DNA of 64,000 nucleotides from Spirochaetota bacterium. Its GTDB lineage: Bacteria > Spirochaetota > UBA4802 > UBA5550. Below are positions 18,503 through 29,821 of this stretch, piece by piece (the first letter of the stretch is position 1; the number at the start of each line of letters is the position of its first letter). The stretch is taken from the NCBI GenBank assembly GCA_963663865.1, contig OY760686.1, positions 1,472,001 to 1,536,000 of the forward strand, in the 5' to 3' direction. The notes under the pieces are model-generated. The model did not search any database, was not told where the DNA came from, and saw only the letters and a list, made by a program, of their open reading frames with translations. The position numbers and the translations under genes were made by a program.

Positions 18503-20219
18503 TTCCCGGTCCGTTTCCGTCTTCTTCGGCAGAAAAGCTTTCTATCAAGGAGTTTAATATCTTTTCAGACTGGGCCGCGTTTTTCCCCATGAGAAAGGCT
18601 ATCTGCTGCGCTGTCACCGATGTATTTCTAATGACTTCGCGCGCCTTGCCGATTATCTGTTCCCTCTTTGATTCGGAGAGTGTCGCATCCCTTATGATGG
18701 CACCCGCGATTCTTGACCTTTCAACCGTAAATACAGTGACTGCCATGACATTGTCTTTGTGCTTTACAAACTGCTGGGTTATGTCCTCGCCGGATTCAAG
18801 CACATTCTTAAACAGCCTGTAGAAGGGTACGACACGGCTGATATCGGCACCGATCAGCCCCGGAATAAGCCTGGAGAGCGAAGCCGCCTCTTCTCCGAGC
18901 ATTTCTGTGAAGTGATCGTTGCTGTCAATAATCTGGAGGCTGCTGTCGACGATTACCACTCCGTAGGGTATCGTCTTGATGAGCGCGTTAGCTTTCTTCT
19001 GTGCGAGCTGTCTCATGTACGAGCTGCACATACAGGGTTCCGCCTGGCCGGTTACGAGAGCTCTGGCGAAGTTTCTGCATGTGCCGTATCCGCAAGAGTC
19101 GCAGTTGAGTTCCTCTTCTTCGGAAAACTTGCCGATTGAACACAGCGCTTCTGTTGTAAGGCCGCCGCTTATTTCGCCCGGGGATATCAGCTCGGGCGAG
19201 TAAGTATGACTGATGTCGGATGAATAAAGCCCATCGGGCTCTCCCTTTTTTGATTCTGCGTAGTTGAGAACAGCGAGTCTTGAGCCGATTGAGGTCGAAG
19301 AAGAGCATCCGGGGCCGCCTATGCATCCGTTTTCGCAGGCGAGAAGTTCCAGAAAAAGCGCGCCCTCTCCGCCGTGTCCGCTCATCTCGTCGAAGGCTCT
19401 CTGAATGGTGCTGATGCCGGACAGCGTCATGTATCTGTAGCCGCAATCCTTACCGCTGAGGGTTGATATCATCCCCCCCTCAATAGGGTAAAGAGAGCCG
19501 TTTTCAGAGTTCCTGGGAATAAAAACATCGTTTTCATCGGTTACCTGCTGCCTGAGGTCAATGCACGAGCTGTTAAACCAGTGTTTCAGGTCATTGAATG
19601 TTATAGCTATATCGAGCAGGTCAGGAAACTGATCGGCCTCCTTCTTTTTTGCGACACAGGGTCCGGCGAACACAATGCCGATGTCGCTGCCGTATATTTT
19701 CTTGAGCATAACGCAGTGTGAAAGAAGTGGCGAATGCAGCTCTGAGAGATTCTGAGTGAATTCAGGGTAGTATTTCCGTACAAGCTCGACGGCGGAGGGG
19801 CAGGCTGTAGAAATTGTCATGGGTTTATTCTCAGCGGTGAGGTTTTGTCTGAGGGCTGCACTGACCTCTTCGGCTCCGAGGGCTGTTTCTGAAACACCGA
19901 AAAAACCGAGCACTTTTGCCGCGCTGACGATCTGTTCAGGTAAAATCCCTCTGAATTCTCCGGCAAAGGACGGCGCCAGGGAGAGAATAACCCTGCTTTT
20001 TCTTTTTAAAAGGTGTAGGACTCTTCGAAGATCATCTCTGATTTTCTTTGCTCCAACCGGGCAGACCTCTACGCATCTCCCGCAAAGAATGCACCTGTCG
20101 GGTACAACCTCTGCTTCGCCGTCAACCACGCGTATCGCTTTTACGGGGCATTCTCTGATGCATCGGTAACAGTCACGGCATCTTGTTTCCTCTGAGTATA
20201 TGGGGTTTTTCTGTTCCAT
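18495..20219 (-). CDS. Sensory [FeFe]-hydrogenase (group C, HydS/HfsB-like) with PAS domain
   Basis: Two [4Fe-4S] motifs (CRDCYRCIRECP, CILCGRCVEVCP), H-cluster motifs STACP, GPCVAKKKE and ELLACENGCIGG, an FeS motif CDSCGYGTC, and a PAS-like C-terminus. Confidence 0.9.
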   Translation of the reverse strand: MEQKNPIYSEETRCRDCYRCIRECPVKAIRVVDGEAEVVPDRCILCGRCVEVCPVGAKKIRDDLRRVLHLLKRKSRVILSLAPSFAGEFRGILPEQIVSAAKVLGFFGVSETALGAEEVSAALRQNLTAENKPMTISTACPSAVELVRKYYPEFTQNLSELHSPLLSHCVMLKKIYGSDIGIVFAGPCVAKKKEADQFPDLLDIAITFNDLKHWFNSSCIDLRQQVTDENDVFIPRNSENGSLYPIEGGMISTLSGKDCGYRYMTLSGISTIQRAFDEMSGHGGEGALFLELLACENGCIGGPGCSSSTSIGSRLAVLNYAESKKGEPDGLYSSDISHTYSPELISPGEISGGLTTEALCSIGKFSEEEELNCDSCGYGTCRNFARALVTGQAEPCMCSSYMRQLAQKKANALIKTIPYGVVIVDSSLQIIDSNDHFTEMLGEEAASLSRLIPGLIGADISRVVPFYRLFKNVLESGEDITQQFVKHKDNVMAVTVFTVERSRIAGAIIRDATLSESKREQIIGKAREVIRNTSVTAQQIAFLMGKNAAQSEKILNSLIESFSAEEDGNGPGNA

Positions 20220-20225
20220 TTTACC

Positions 20226-20474
20226 TTACAGCACATGCTTGAGAATGTCGATGAGGCTTCCCTGGTCAACGTTTGAGTATAGCTTTTCGTTTATCCAGAT
20301 GTTGGGGCCGTCCATGCAAAGGTCTCCGCAGCGGCAGCCTTTGATGTTTACGCTAATCCCTGAATCTCTGCTCTCAAGATATCCGGTTATTATCTCATAG
20401 TTTTTACCGTTTCCGCGGGAGAAGCATGAGCTTCCCATGCATATCGTTATAGTTACCTGGCTGTCATTTTCCAT
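20226..20474 (-). CDS. Thioredoxin-like [2Fe-2S] ferredoxin (NuoE-like, HfsA-like)
   Basis: ICMGSSCFSRG and GCRCGDLCMDGPNI motifs; first gene of the hydrogenase cluster. Confidence 0.88.
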   Translation of the reverse strand: MENDSQVTITICMGSSCFSRGNGKNYEIITGYLESRDSGISVNIKGCRCGDLCMDGPNIWINEKLYSNVDQGSLIDILKHVL

Positions 20475-20765
20475 TTGAGCCCGCTTTCATGATATTTATA
20501 ATTGCCTCCGGAATGAGTCTCCCTGCGGAAGAGGCAGCATATTCGTGTTATGATTACAGAAGAAACCGGGCGCTGTTTATGTCAAGAAGTCTGGCTTTTT
20601 TTATGCGGCGTTTTTGCCGATAATGAAGGAGTAAGAGAAGGATGAGCTGAAAAAATTGGCAAGCCGGGTTGTCAATACGTTAAATTTGTTGCCAATATAA
20701 AAGCATCTGCAATATTACATATCAGATCAGCGGCTGATTGCCGCGAGATCCCCGCAGGAGAAAAC

Positions 20766-21581
20766 ATGGCTATAGGTAAGGCTGAGAAGGCTGCGTACAA
20801 CGACGAAATCAAGGATATTAAACGAGAGGTTGATGATATCCAGAGAGGCGTAAATGAGCTTTCTGCTTTAAAAAAGCAGAGGCCGAATCTGGCTTACTAT
20901 TACAATCTGGAGATATGTATCTCCTCAATGAAGATAATGGACCTTAATCTCAAAATGAGCGATCTTTCAATAGACATGCTGGGAATCAAGAACGAGAACT
21001 TCCTCAACAACTCCAGAAAGGAGTTCTATAAGGTTCTCACCATGCTTGAAGAGATAGTAGGCGACGATGTTGACCGTTCTCTGCGGGAGAATGACGCCTA
21101 CATAGCAAGAATTGACAGGATGAACCCGAAGCAGATTCTGGAGTTTGTCGACAAGGTTCACTCGGTATTTCTTAATCTAAGAAACAAGGTGGGCGAGGGA
21201 TCAAAGTGGAAGTGGGCTTTCGTTGAACTCCAGGCAAGGGTCGCTGTCGTAACCAAGAACCTGACAAATTTTTCGGATGTAGCTAAATACAGAGATCCGA
21301 GGGTTGAGTTTTACAGAGAGCGTATTGACCTTATGGAGTTGTGTAAGCAGTCCCTCGAAGAAGCCGCGAAGCAATACCGGACGAAGTACGAGCTGTCAGG
21401 AAAGGCGAGAGATGACCTGAAAAAATCTATTGAACTTCTTTCCGCTTTAAGAAAAATTCATGTCCTTTTCAGCGAGGACGAGGATGCAGGCAGACTCAAA
21501 ACCACCATAGATGCCGCCAGGCAGGTCCTTGAAGCAGAGGATTTGGAAAGGGAAAACAAAAAAAAGACCAAAAGCAGGTAG
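20766..21581 (+). CDS. Conserved hypothetical helical protein upstream of hrcA
   Basis: 271-aa ORF with RBS AGGAG; charged and helical in composition; no recognised motif. Confidence 0.75.
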   Translation: MAIGKAEKAAYNDEIKDIKREVDDIQRGVNELSALKKQRPNLAYYYNLEICISSMKIMDLNLKMSDLSIDMLGIKNENFLNNSRKEFYKVLTMLEEIVGDDVDRSLRENDAYIARIDRMNPKQILEFVDKVHSVFLNLRNKVGEGSKWKWAFVELQARVAVVTKNLTNFSDVAKYRDPRVEFYRERIDLMELCKQSLEEAAKQYRTKYELSGKARDDLKKSIELLSALRKIHVLFSEDEDAGRLKTTIDAARQVLEAEDLERENKKKTKSR

Positions 21582-21607
21582 CTCTTTAAAAAAAAGGGCT
21601 TTTAGGC

Positions 21608-21636
21608 TTGACCGCGAGAAAAATGATTGTTATATT
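21608..21636 (+). promoter_or_regulatory. Sigma70 promoter of the hrcA-grpE-dnaK-dnaJ operon
   Basis: TTGACC (21608-21613), 17-nt spacer, TATATT (21631-21636), immediately before CIRCE. Confidence 0.8.
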
Positions 21637-21637
21637 A

Positions 21638-21664
21638 TTAGCACTCGATCTTAATGAGTGCTAA
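21638..21664. promoter_or_regulatory. CIRCE element (HrcA operator)
   Basis: Perfect TTAGCACTC-N9-GAGTGCTAA directly upstream of hrcA. Confidence 0.98.
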
Positions 21665-21679
21665 TAATGGGTTGGTTTT

Positions 21680-22735
21680 ATGATCGCAGGAAATGGAATA
21701 GAAAGAAAGCTTGATGAGCGTGAGGCCGCTATCCTTAAGGCTCTGGTGTATGAGTATATAATAACCGGCAAGCCGGTTGGCTCAAGGTCGTTCGTTCAAA
21801 AGTATTCATTTTCAATATCTCCAGCAACAATGCGAAACGTAATGTCCGATTTGGAAGCCCTCGGATACCTTAAACAGCCGCATACCTCGGCAGGGCGCAT
21901 CCCAACTGACAGGGGTTACAGGTATTACGTTGATTCCATTATGGACAAGTACAGTTTAGGTGTGGATTCAGAGGTGAAGGTCAAAGATCAGATAGCCGCT
22001 CGTGAGGTGCAACTTGACAAGATATTCGAGTCGGTAACCCGAAGGCTGTCTGAGGCCTCGAAATATGCAGGCGTAATGTTGACTCCCCGTCCGGATTTCG
22101 CGGTCGTAAAGAGGATTGAGCTTATCCCGGTAGATAATGGCGAGCTTCTGATGATCTTGATAGCGAGAACCGGCGCCATCGTTACAAAAAAAATAACAGT
22201 TTCTGACAATATCACGCAGGACGCTTTGAGGGAGTTCTCAAGTTACCTGACTGCGGAGCTGTGCGGTTATTCCATCCATGAAATAAAGGTCAATGTTTTC
22301 AAGCAGCTCAGGGCTTCTGGACGCAGGGAGGCTGCATCAGGCGTGGCTGTTGATATCGCGGAGCTCGGACTTGGCGGTGAGGAGGAGTCGTCGTTGAGGA
22401 TTGACGGAATAGAGAACCTGCTGAGGATACCCGAGATGTCCGAGCAGGATACTCTGGTAAGTTTTCTGAATATAATTGAAGAGAAAAATATCCTCAGAGA
22501 AATATTTGAGGATACCATGAAAAATGAAACCCTGAGGACCCTGATTGGAGAAGAGATTGAGGATCCCAGAGTTACAGGCTGCAGCGTTGTTGCAACACCG
22601 TACAAGATAGGAAATGCAAATGTAGGAGTAGTAGGGGTGCTGGGGCCCACCAGAATGGATTATGAAAAGGTGGTCCCAATGGTTGACTATACCGGGCGCA
22701 TAATGTCGGATCTTTTGACCAAGATGTCCAGGTAG
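21680..22735 (+). CDS. hrcA: Heat-inducible transcription repressor HrcA
   Basis: PVGS, SPATMRNVMSDLE, QPHTSAGRIPTDRGYRYYVD, GVLGPTRMDY. Confidence 0.97.
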   Translation: MIAGNGIERKLDEREAAILKALVYEYIITGKPVGSRSFVQKYSFSISPATMRNVMSDLEALGYLKQPHTSAGRIPTDRGYRYYVDSIMDKYSLGVDSEVKVKDQIAAREVQLDKIFESVTRRLSEASKYAGVMLTPRPDFAVVKRIELIPVDNGELLMILIARTGAIVTKKITVSDNITQDALREFSSYLTAELCGYSIHEIKVNVFKQLRASGRREAASGVAVDIAELGLGGEEESSLRIDGIENLLRIPEMSEQDTLVSFLNIIEEKNILREIFEDTMKNETLRTLIGEEIEDPRVTGCSVVATPYKIGNANVGVVGVLGPTRMDYEKVVPMVDYTGRIMSDLLTKMSR

Positions 22736-22774
22736 AAGGCGCCTGTTTTAAAATATTAAACGGAGATAGTATTG

Positions 22775-23494
22775 ATGGGTAAAAGCAAAAAAATACACGA
22801 AGATGAGTCCATGGAAGATGTAAGCGTCGAAACTGCTGAAGATTCCGGAGACAACAGATCCGGATCTGACAGAAGAAAGGCGGACAGGCGGCAGGCGGCA
22901 GAAGAAGGGCCGGCTGTATCACAGGAGGAGTTGTCAGCACTTAAGGAAGAACTTGCGAAGGCCAGATCAGAGGTTGACTCGCTGAAGGATCTGCTACAAA
23001 GGAGACAGGCTGATTTTGAGAACTATAAGAAGAGAATGATGCGTCAGATGGAGGACTCAAGGAAGTTTACCTTGCGCGATATAGCCTCTGATGTAATTAC
23101 GGTAAATGACGACATTCTAAGGGCGCTTGATGCTTCAACCACCGTTTCCGCGGCAGGGCTTGATGAAGCGAATGCCTCCATTGTTGAAGGTATCAGAATG
23201 ATATCCGGCCGAATGGAACAGGTATTATCCAAATACGGTATTGAGGAGATAGAGGCGCTGAACACGGAATTTGACCCAAATTTCCACGAGGCTTATGAGA
23301 TTGAGATGAGCCCCGATGTAGAGGCGGACACTGTTGTCTTTGTTCACCAGAAGGGTTATAAACTCGACGACCTTGTTATCCGGTCGTCTAAAGTGAAGGT
23401 CGCAAAGCCGGGCAAAGGAACGGCAGTTGACGCGCCAGGAGATGGAGCTGCGGAAGAACAGCCCGAAGGCGGCGTTTCAGGTTCAGAGTCTTGA
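22775..23494 (+). CDS. grpE: Nucleotide exchange factor GrpE
   Basis: ADFENYKKR, FDPNFHEA, QKGY...IRSSKVKV; lies between hrcA and dnaK. Confidence 0.96.
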   Translation: MGKSKKIHEDESMEDVSVETAEDSGDNRSGSDRRKADRRQAAEEGPAVSQEELSALKEELAKARSEVDSLKDLLQRRQADFENYKKRMMRQMEDSRKFTLRDIASDVITVNDDILRALDASTTVSAAGLDEANASIVEGIRMISGRMEQVLSKYGIEEIEALNTEFDPNFHEAYEIEMSPDVEADTVVFVHQKGYKLDDLVIRSSKVKVAKPGKGTAVDAPGDGAAEEQPEGGVSGSES

Positions 23495-23579
23495 TGAGAC
23501 AAAATTGAAAAAGGGAAGCTCAGGCTAAGGCCTGTAATAAATGGATTAAATTTACAGTATAAATATAAGGAGCAAAACT

Positions 23580-25505
23580 ATGAGTAAAATTATCGGTATT
23601 GACCTCGGTACAACTAACTCTTGCGTAGCTGTTATGTCAGGCGGAGAGCCTGTGGTAATACAGAATTCCGAGGGACAAAGAACTACTCCATCAATCGTTG
23701 CTTTCAACGATAAAGGGGAGAGGCTGGTTGGACAGGTTGCAAAGAACCAGATTATCACAAACCCGGAAAACACAATCAGATCAATCAAAAGGTTTATGGG
23801 AATAAGCCATGCTGATATCAGCCATGAGATGAAAATGGTGCCTTACAGGGTAAACGAGGACGGCAGCGGAAATGTTATCGTAAAAACTGTTGCAGGAGAT
23901 TTTACACCTCAGGAGATATCTGCCAGAGTCCTGCAGAAAATGAAACAGACAGCTGAAGACTTCCTGGGGGAGACTGTCAGCAGAGCGGTCATAACAGTTC
24001 CCGCTTACTTTAACGATGCCCAGAGACAGGCTACAAAGGACGCAGGAAAAATAGCCGGCCTTGAGGTTGAGAGAATTATCAACGAGCCGACTGCGGCGGC
24101 GCTTGCTTACGGTCTCGACAAGAAGAAGGAAAATGAAAAGATTGCCGTCTACGACCTCGGGGGCGGTACTTTTGACATATCGATTCTTGAGCTTGGCGAT
24201 GGAGTTTTTGAGGTAAAATCGACGAACGGAAACACTCACCTCGGGGGAGATGACTTTGACCAGAGAGTAATGGAATGGCTCATATCCGAGTTTAAAAAGC
24301 AGACAGGAATTGATGTTTCGTCCGACAAGATGGCGCTTCAGAGGTTGAAAGAGGGCGCGGAAAAGGCCAAAATTGAGCTGTCTTCAAAAATGCAGGCTGA
24401 GATAAACATCCCGTTTCTTACAGCTGACCAGAACGGCCCGAAGCACCTGATTGTAACTTTAACACGGGCCAAGTTTGAACAGTTGATTGAAGATCTTGTC
24501 CAGTCAACAAAGACACCCTGTGTGCAGGCGCTTGAGGACGCTGGGCTTACAGCTGGAGAAATAGATGAGGTTATTCTTGTCGGAGGTTCAACAAGGATTC
24601 CAGCTGTTCAGGAGCTTGTAAAGCAGATATTCGGCAGAGATCCTCACAGGGGGGTTAATCCTGACGAGGTTGTCGCAATTGGAGCAGCGATTCAGGGAGG
24701 AGTATTGGCAGGTGATGTCCATGATGTTCTTCTTCTTGATGTTACTCCGCTCTCCCTTGGAATTGAGACTCTCGGTGGTGTAATGACAAGACTGATTGAG
24801 CGGAACACAACTATTCCAACACGCAAAAGCCAGGTGTTTTCGACAGCTGCCGACAATCAGCCTGCTGTTTCAATACATGTTCTTCAGGGAGAAAGGGAGC
24901 TTGCGTCTCAGAACAGGACACTCGGAAGGTTTGATCTGACTGATATTCCGCCTGCACCGAGGGGAGTGCCTCAGATTGAAGTAGCTTTCGATATCGACGC
25001 TAACGGTATAGTACATGTTTCCGCTAAAGACCTTGGAACAGGCAAAGAGCAGAAAATCAAGATTGAGTCTTCAAGCGGACTCAGTGAAGACGATATCAAC
25101 AAAATGGTTCGTGAAGCCGAGTCCCACGCAGAGGAGGACAAGAAGGCAAGAGAACTAATCGAGGCCAAAAATGAAGCTGACACTCTTATCTACTCCATTG
25201 AAAAGATGGTGAAGGAAAACGAGGCCAAGCTTGAGGCATCCGAAAAGTCAGCTATTGAGACAGAAATAGCCTCTCTCAGAAAAGCAGCAGAGGGTACTGA
25301 TCTGGCCGCGATTCGAGAGGCTAAAGGAAAGCTTGAGCAGGCTTCACATTCCTTTGCCCAGAAAATATACCAGGAAGCTTCCGCTAAACAGCAGGAAGGA
25401 GCACAATCTCAGCCTTCTTCTGAAAAAACGGAGCAGGCAGCATCTGAATCAGAAAAGGTTTATGACGCGGATTATGAAGTAGTTGACGATGAGGACAAAA
25501 AATAA
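23580..25505 (+). CDS. dnaK: Chaperone DnaK (Hsp70)
   Basis: [47 protein letters not shown]. Confidence 0.99.
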   Translation: MSKIIGIDLGTTNSCVAVMSGGEPVVIQNSEGQRTTPSIVAFNDKGERLVGQVAKNQIITNPENTIRSIKRFMGISHADISHEMKMVPYRVNEDGSGNVIVKTVAGDFTPQEISARVLQKMKQTAEDFLGETVSRAVITVPAYFNDAQRQATKDAGKIAGLEVERIINEPTAAALAYGLDKKKENEKIAVYDLGGGTFDISILELGDGVFEVKSTNGNTHLGGDDFDQRVMEWLISEFKKQTGIDVSSDKMALQRLKEGAEKAKIELSSKMQAEINIPFLTADQNGPKHLIVTLTRAKFEQLIEDLVQSTKTPCVQALEDAGLTAGEIDEVILVGGSTRIPAVQELVKQIFGRDPHRGVNPDEVVAIGAAIQGGVLAGDVHDVLLLDVTPLSLGIETLGGVMTRLIERNTTIPTRKSQVFSTAADNQPAVSIHVLQGERELASQNRTLGRFDLTDIPPAPRGVPQIEVAFDIDANGIVHVSAKDLGTGKEQKIKIESSSGLSEDDINKMVREAESHAEEDKKARELIEAKNEADTLIYSIEKMVKENEAKLEASEKSAIETEIASLRKAAEGTDLAAIREAKGKLEQASHSFAQKIYQEASAKQQEGAQSQPSSEKTEQAASESEKVYDADYEVVDDEDKK

Positions 25506-25522
25506 AAAAAGGTATTAACGGC

Positions 25523-25557
25523 TCCGGCAGCGGGTTATGTGAATATCAGCTGCCGGA
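25523..25557 (+). other. Intercistronic stem-loop between dnaK and dnaJ (partial terminator or stabiliser)
   Basis: TCCGGCAGC / GCTGCCGGA arms with a T-rich run shortly downstream. Confidence 0.5.
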
Positions 25558-25597
25558 TTAAACCGAGTTTTGTTTTTTATATCACGAGAGGACCAAA

Positions 25598-26677
25598 TTG
25601 GGAAAAAGAGATTACTACGAAGTTCTGGGAGTGCCTAAAAACGTCAGTGAGCAGGACCTTAAGCAGGCTTATCGGAAGCTGGCTCTTAAATATCACCCTG
25701 ATAAAAACAAGGGCAACCCGGAGGCGGAAGAGAAGTTTAAGGAAGCCACTGAAGCGTATGAGGTACTCAGAGACCCCAAGAAAAGAGCTTCGTATGATAA
25801 ATTCGGCCATGAGGGACTGTCTGGGTTTGAAGGTTTCGGAAAAGGGTCCTATACAGACTTCTCTGATATTTTTGAGGACATCGGCGGTTTCGGAGATATC
25901 TTTGAAAACTTTTTCGGTTCTTCGTTCGGAGGAAGGCAGCGCACTCAGCGGGTACGCAGAGGTGCCGATATACAGTATGATCTGCAGATAACCCTTGAAG
26001 AGGCAGCGAGCGGCAAAGAGGTTCACATCGAAATTCCGCGTCACGAGGCCTGCGAGGTATGCGGAGGCAGCGGGTCCAAGGCCGGGACTAAGCCCAATGT
26101 GTGTCCAGTCTGTAACGGGACAGGGCAGGTCAGACAAACACAGGGCTTTTTCTCCATCACGCAGACTTGTCCGAGATGCCGCGGCGAGGGGCGCATAATA
26201 ACTTCGCCGTGTAAGAGCTGCAACGGATCAGGTCTGACACTCAAGAAGCGAGCCATAAGCGTAAAGGTTCCAGCGGGTGTTGAATCAGGTTCAAGGCTGA
26301 AAATCTCCGGAGAAGGAGAGCAGGGGCCCGGCGGGGGGCCGAGAGGAGATCTGTACGTTGTGATGCACGTAAAAAAACACGATGTTTTTGAGCGTCATGG
26401 CAATGATATACTAAGCGTTGTAAATATTTCATATTCTCTTGCCTGTTTGGGCGGAGAAATCGAGGTCCCAATTATCAGCGGAGGTAAGGCCAAAATGAAG
26501 ATTCCTGCCGGTACTGAATCGAACCAGGTATTCAGGCTTAAAGGCAACGGTATTCCGTATCTCGGCTCTTACGGCAGGGGAGATCAGCTAGTTAAGATCA
26601 ACATCACTGTTCCGAAGAAGCTTACCGGACGGCAAAAGGAATTGCTCAAAGAGCTTTCAGGGCTTGAAGCAGAGTAA
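25598..26677 (+). CDS. dnaJ: Chaperone DnaJ
   Basis: J domain with HPD, G/F-rich region, four CxxCxGxG repeats; TTG start. Confidence 0.98.
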   Translation: MGKRDYYEVLGVPKNVSEQDLKQAYRKLALKYHPDKNKGNPEAEEKFKEATEAYEVLRDPKKRASYDKFGHEGLSGFEGFGKGSYTDFSDIFEDIGGFGDIFENFFGSSFGGRQRTQRVRRGADIQYDLQITLEEAASGKEVHIEIPRHEACEVCGGSGSKAGTKPNVCPVCNGTGQVRQTQGFFSITQTCPRCRGEGRIITSPCKSCNGSGLTLKKRAISVKVPAGVESGSRLKISGEGEQGPGGGPRGDLYVVMHVKKHDVFERHGNDILSVVNISYSLACLGGEIEVPIISGGKAKMKIPAGTESNQVFRLKGNGIPYLGSYGRGDQLVKINITVPKKLTGRQKELLKELSGLEAE

Positions 26678-26706
26678 AACGCATTTTTTTGAGAGAATTT
26701 GCATAT

Positions 26707-26741
26707 AAACCCGCAGAATGGAACCGTTTTGCGGGTTTTTT
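26707..26741 (+). terminator. Rho-independent terminator of the dnaK operon
   Basis: AAACCCGCAGAATG / CGTTTTGCGGGTTT stem followed by a T run. Confidence 0.75.
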
Positions 26742-26840
26742 GTTCCAAACCAGCAAAGACTGACAGCTTTTTTGCTCTTGACTAAACTTTTAATGCCAAT
26801 CAGCCTGACTTTGAATTTGACACAAAAGAAGGAGATTAAC

Positions 26841-27134
26841 ATGGTTCCTGTGATTGATTATGGAAATTTAGCTGTAGTCGTATCAAAAGTTACAGCTGTG
26901 GGAATGATTATATGCGATGAAGGCGACTACGGGTTTGAAGTCTATCTTGATGGACTGCACGAGCCTCTGATAATAGGTTTCCAGAGCGAGCAGGATGCGT
27001 CACTTGCCCGTGCGGAGCTGATTGCGGCAGTAGCCGGGTTCCACCATGAGTCCGTATCCGGCCTCTCGTCTGACAATGAGCTGTTGTCTTCTGGTGAAAG
27101 CGGTTCGGACGATGGCGGTCAGAAGAACCACTGA
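26841..27134 (+). CDS. Small hypothetical protein
   Basis: AAGGAG RBS before ATG 26841; 97 aa, acidic C-terminal tail. Confidence 0.65.
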   Translation: MVPVIDYGNLAVVVSKVTAVGMIICDEGDYGFEVYLDGLHEPLIIGFQSEQDASLARAELIAAVAGFHHESVSGLSSDNELLSSGESGSDDGGQKNH

Positions 27135-27287
27135 CACAGGTTGCCGCTTTTTTGAATTGATGTCATTATAAATAGAGACATTTCCTCATCATGATTAAGG
27201 TGAACTGCCCTCTGTTTGTGAACGTTTTGGTATCCCGCCCCCTGAGTTCCCTCAGAGCGGAAATAAATAGTGCAGCAGGTATATAGA

Positions 27288-28511
27288 ATGGTAAAAAATA
27301 ACTTTGAGCTTATAGAACGCGGGATTGAAGAGATTATTCCTTATGAGGAGTTTAAAACCCGCTTAAATGAATCGGAGAAGAACAACAAACCCCTGGTTAT
27401 TAAGGCGGGATTTGACCCTACAGCCCCTGATATTCATCTCGGTCACACTGTACTTTTAAGGAAACTGCGCCATTTTCAGGATATGGGGCATACGGTCGTT
27501 TTTCTTATAGGCGATTTTACAGGTATGATCGGCGATCCATCGGGAAAGTCGGAAACGAGAAAACGCCTTACAAAGGAACAGGTGCTTGAGAACGCGGAAA
27601 CCTACAAAAAACAGGCTTTTAAGATTCTTGACCGCGAAAAAACCATCATTGAGTTTAATTCAAAATGGTGTTCATCTATGTCATTTGCCGAGGTGCTTGA
27701 GCTGACAGCGAAATACAATGTCGCGCGGATGATGGAGCGTGATGACTTCTCCAAGCGGTTTAAATCAGGCAGGCCCATATCCATACTTGAGTTCATGTAT
27801 CCCCTTATTCAGGGATATGACTCCGTCGCACTCAAAGCTGATGTTGAGCTTGGAGGAACGGATCAGAAGTTCAATCTTCTGGTGGGACGCGATCTTCAGA
27901 AAGAATACGGGGTCTCGCAGCAGATAATAATGACTCTCCCTCTTCTTGTAGGGCTTGACGGTGTTCAGAAAATGAGCAAGTCGCTGAACAACTATATCGG
28001 GATTGACGAAGAGCCATCACAGATTTTTGGAAAGGTAATGTCCATTTCGGATGAGCTGATGTTCAGGTATTACGAGCTTGTTACCGATGTTCCACTGCAT
28101 GATGTGGAGACAATGAAAGCCGGAGTTGCTGATGGAAGTGTACATCCCCGGGCTGTTAAGGTCCGCCTCGCGAAGGAGATTTGTGAGCAGTTCTACGATT
28201 CTGACACGGCGGACAGGGCAGAATCGGAATTTAACAGGATCTTTGTCCAAAAAGATGTTCCTGAAGATATTGATGAGTTCCTGGTCCAGCAGTCCGAATT
28301 GAGCGAAGGCTCGATATGGATAGTAAAGCTCCTTGTAGTTTCGGGATTGGCAAAATCTAACGGCGAAGCCAGAAGGCTTATTGAAGGCGGAGGCGTATCG
28401 CTGGACGGTGAAAAGATATCGGATGCTTCTTCTGAACTTGCCTTTCCACTTACTGGAGACGGTGTTTTGAAGGTCGGCAAAAGGCGCTTTTTGAAGTTGG
28501 TTTCATCATAA
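27288..28511 (+). CDS. tyrS: Tyrosine--tRNA ligase
   Basis: [13 protein letters not shown] (HIGH-type), [22 protein letters not shown]-terminal S4 domain. Confidence 0.97.
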   Translation: MVKNNFELIERGIEEIIPYEEFKTRLNESEKNNKPLVIKAGFDPTAPDIHLGHTVLLRKLRHFQDMGHTVVFLIGDFTGMIGDPSGKSETRKRLTKEQVLENAETYKKQAFKILDREKTIIEFNSKWCSSMSFAEVLELTAKYNVARMMERDDFSKRFKSGRPISILEFMYPLIQGYDSVALKADVELGGTDQKFNLLVGRDLQKEYGVSQQIIMTLPLLVGLDGVQKMSKSLNNYIGIDEEPSQIFGKVMSISDELMFRYYELVTDVPLHDVETMKAGVADGSVHPRAVKVRLAKEICEQFYDSDTADRAESEFNRIFVQKDVPEDIDEFLVQQSELSEGSIWIVKLLVVSGLAKSNGEARRLIEGGGVSLDGEKISDASSELAFPLTGDGVLKVGKRRFLKLVSS

Positions 28512-28544
28512 AAAATAAAAAATTGTAACACCGGCCGGGGAAAT

Positions 28545-29117
28545 ATGTCCAATTCAGAAGATTTGAAAGTTATTGATAGTGTGTTGAAAGGTGACGTTGA
28601 CGCCTATGCTTACCTGATTGAAAAATATCAGAATATGGTATTCAGGTATGTCAACACTCAATTCAATAATGAAGATGATTCTATGGATATTACGCAGGAT
28701 ATTTTTATCATGGCACTTGAAGCGCTCAAGAGTTTCAGACAAGAGTCGAAGTTTTCCACCTGGCTTTACAGTATTATGGTGAATTACTGTAAGAATTACA
28801 GAAAAAAATCAAGAAGGCATTTTTCTTTTTCACTGCTTACGCAGAGAGATAATGAGGAGTACGAGATACAGATTCCGGATGAGAGGGCCGACCATGAGAA
28901 GGATATCGTTGAAAAAGACACCTTGAGAATTCTCAAGGAGGAGATTTACGCCCTCCCAGATGATTATAAAAAGGTTCTGGTGCTTCGTGATATCCAGGGA
29001 CTTTCATATAACGAAATTTCAGATGTACTAAAACTTAATCTATCAAATGTTAAGGTTAGAATACACAGGGGGAGAGAGCTTCTTAAAAACAGACTCTCCG
29101 AAAGGGGGTTGGTATGA
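28545..29117 (+). CDS. ECF-type RNA polymerase sigma factor (SigW/RpoE-like)
   Basis: DITQDIF...FSTWLYSI (region 2); GLSYNEIS...VKVRIHRGR (region 4). Confidence 0.93.
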   Translation: MSNSEDLKVIDSVLKGDVDAYAYLIEKYQNMVFRYVNTQFNNEDDSMDITQDIFIMALEALKSFRQESKFSTWLYSIMVNYCKNYRKKSRRHFSFSLLTQRDNEEYEIQIPDERADHEKDIVEKDTLRILKEEIYALPDDYKKVLVLRDIQGLSYNEISDVLKLNLSNVKVRIHRGRELLKNRLSERGLV

Positions 29118-29821
29118 AAACCGCACATGTAACATTTGCCCAGCTGTCAGATCTTTACGACGGGATTTTAACTGAACAGGAGGAAAAGCTGGTTGCTGAC
29201 CATCTTGAGAGCTGCCTGGAGTGTCAGAGGGAATTTGAGATGTTGAAAAAAACCCTTTGCTGTCTGGCTCCTCTCCGCGAAACGGCTTTTTGCACCGAAG
29301 AGTTCAGTCCACGTACCATGAAACTTGTTAAAAAGAGGGCATCCCGCAGTGCTTCCGGACGCTTTGTTCCGGCTGCAGCCGCTGCAGCTTTTATTATTGG
29401 CGGATATACTTTTTTCTTTAGCGGACCGGCAAACAATTACGGTACAGATTCCACAGATTTTGTAATAGCAGGATCAACAGGAAATAACAGGTTTGAAAAT
29501 GCCGTTTCAAGAACCGCTTCAAAGAATGTAAAAAATACAACCAGAGACGTAATAAATGCAATAGCTGATAACAAAGCCCGGATTGTCCGGATATCGGATT
29601 CCTTCATAGAGGGAGAAGTAAGTCTTTCCGAGTTTTTAAACCTTAAGTCGCAGCTTGGAGCAAGACATATTGATTTTGCACAGATCAGTGAGTCCTCAGA
29701 CGCTGACAGAATCCGGTGGAATTCTGGTATTGAAGAGGTATCTCTTTCAAATGTTACGTGGCAGGACGAAGAAGCAAGGGGTCCTGAAAAGGACTTAATA
29801 CGTTTCAGGGTGTTTAAGTAA
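29114..29821 (+). CDS. Zinc-binding anti-sigma factor (ZAS/zf-HC2) with a transmembrane helix
   Basis: HLESCLEC (HxxxCxxC), TM segment PAAAAAAFIIGGYTFFF, ATGA-coupled to the ECF sigma gene. Confidence 0.88.
   Translation: MKTAHVTFAQLSDLYDGILTEQEEKLVADHLESCLECQREFEMLKKTLCCLAPLRETAFCTEEFSPRTMKLVKKRASRSASGRFVPAAAAAAFIIGGYTFFFSGPANNYGTDSTDFVIAGSTGNNRFENAVSRTASKNVKNTTRDVINAIADNKARIVRISDSFIEGEVSLSEFLNLKSQLGARHIDFAQISESSDADRIRWNSGIEEVSLSNVTWQDEEARGPEKDLIRFRVFK

Noticed and set aside
21638-26741. Heat-shock operon as a novelty
   Set aside because: Canonical CIRCE-hrcA-grpE-dnaK-dnaJ organisation.
27135-27287. T-box leader for tyrS
   Set aside because: The region is short and lacks the GGTGG-ACC-CG T-box consensus and a terminator.
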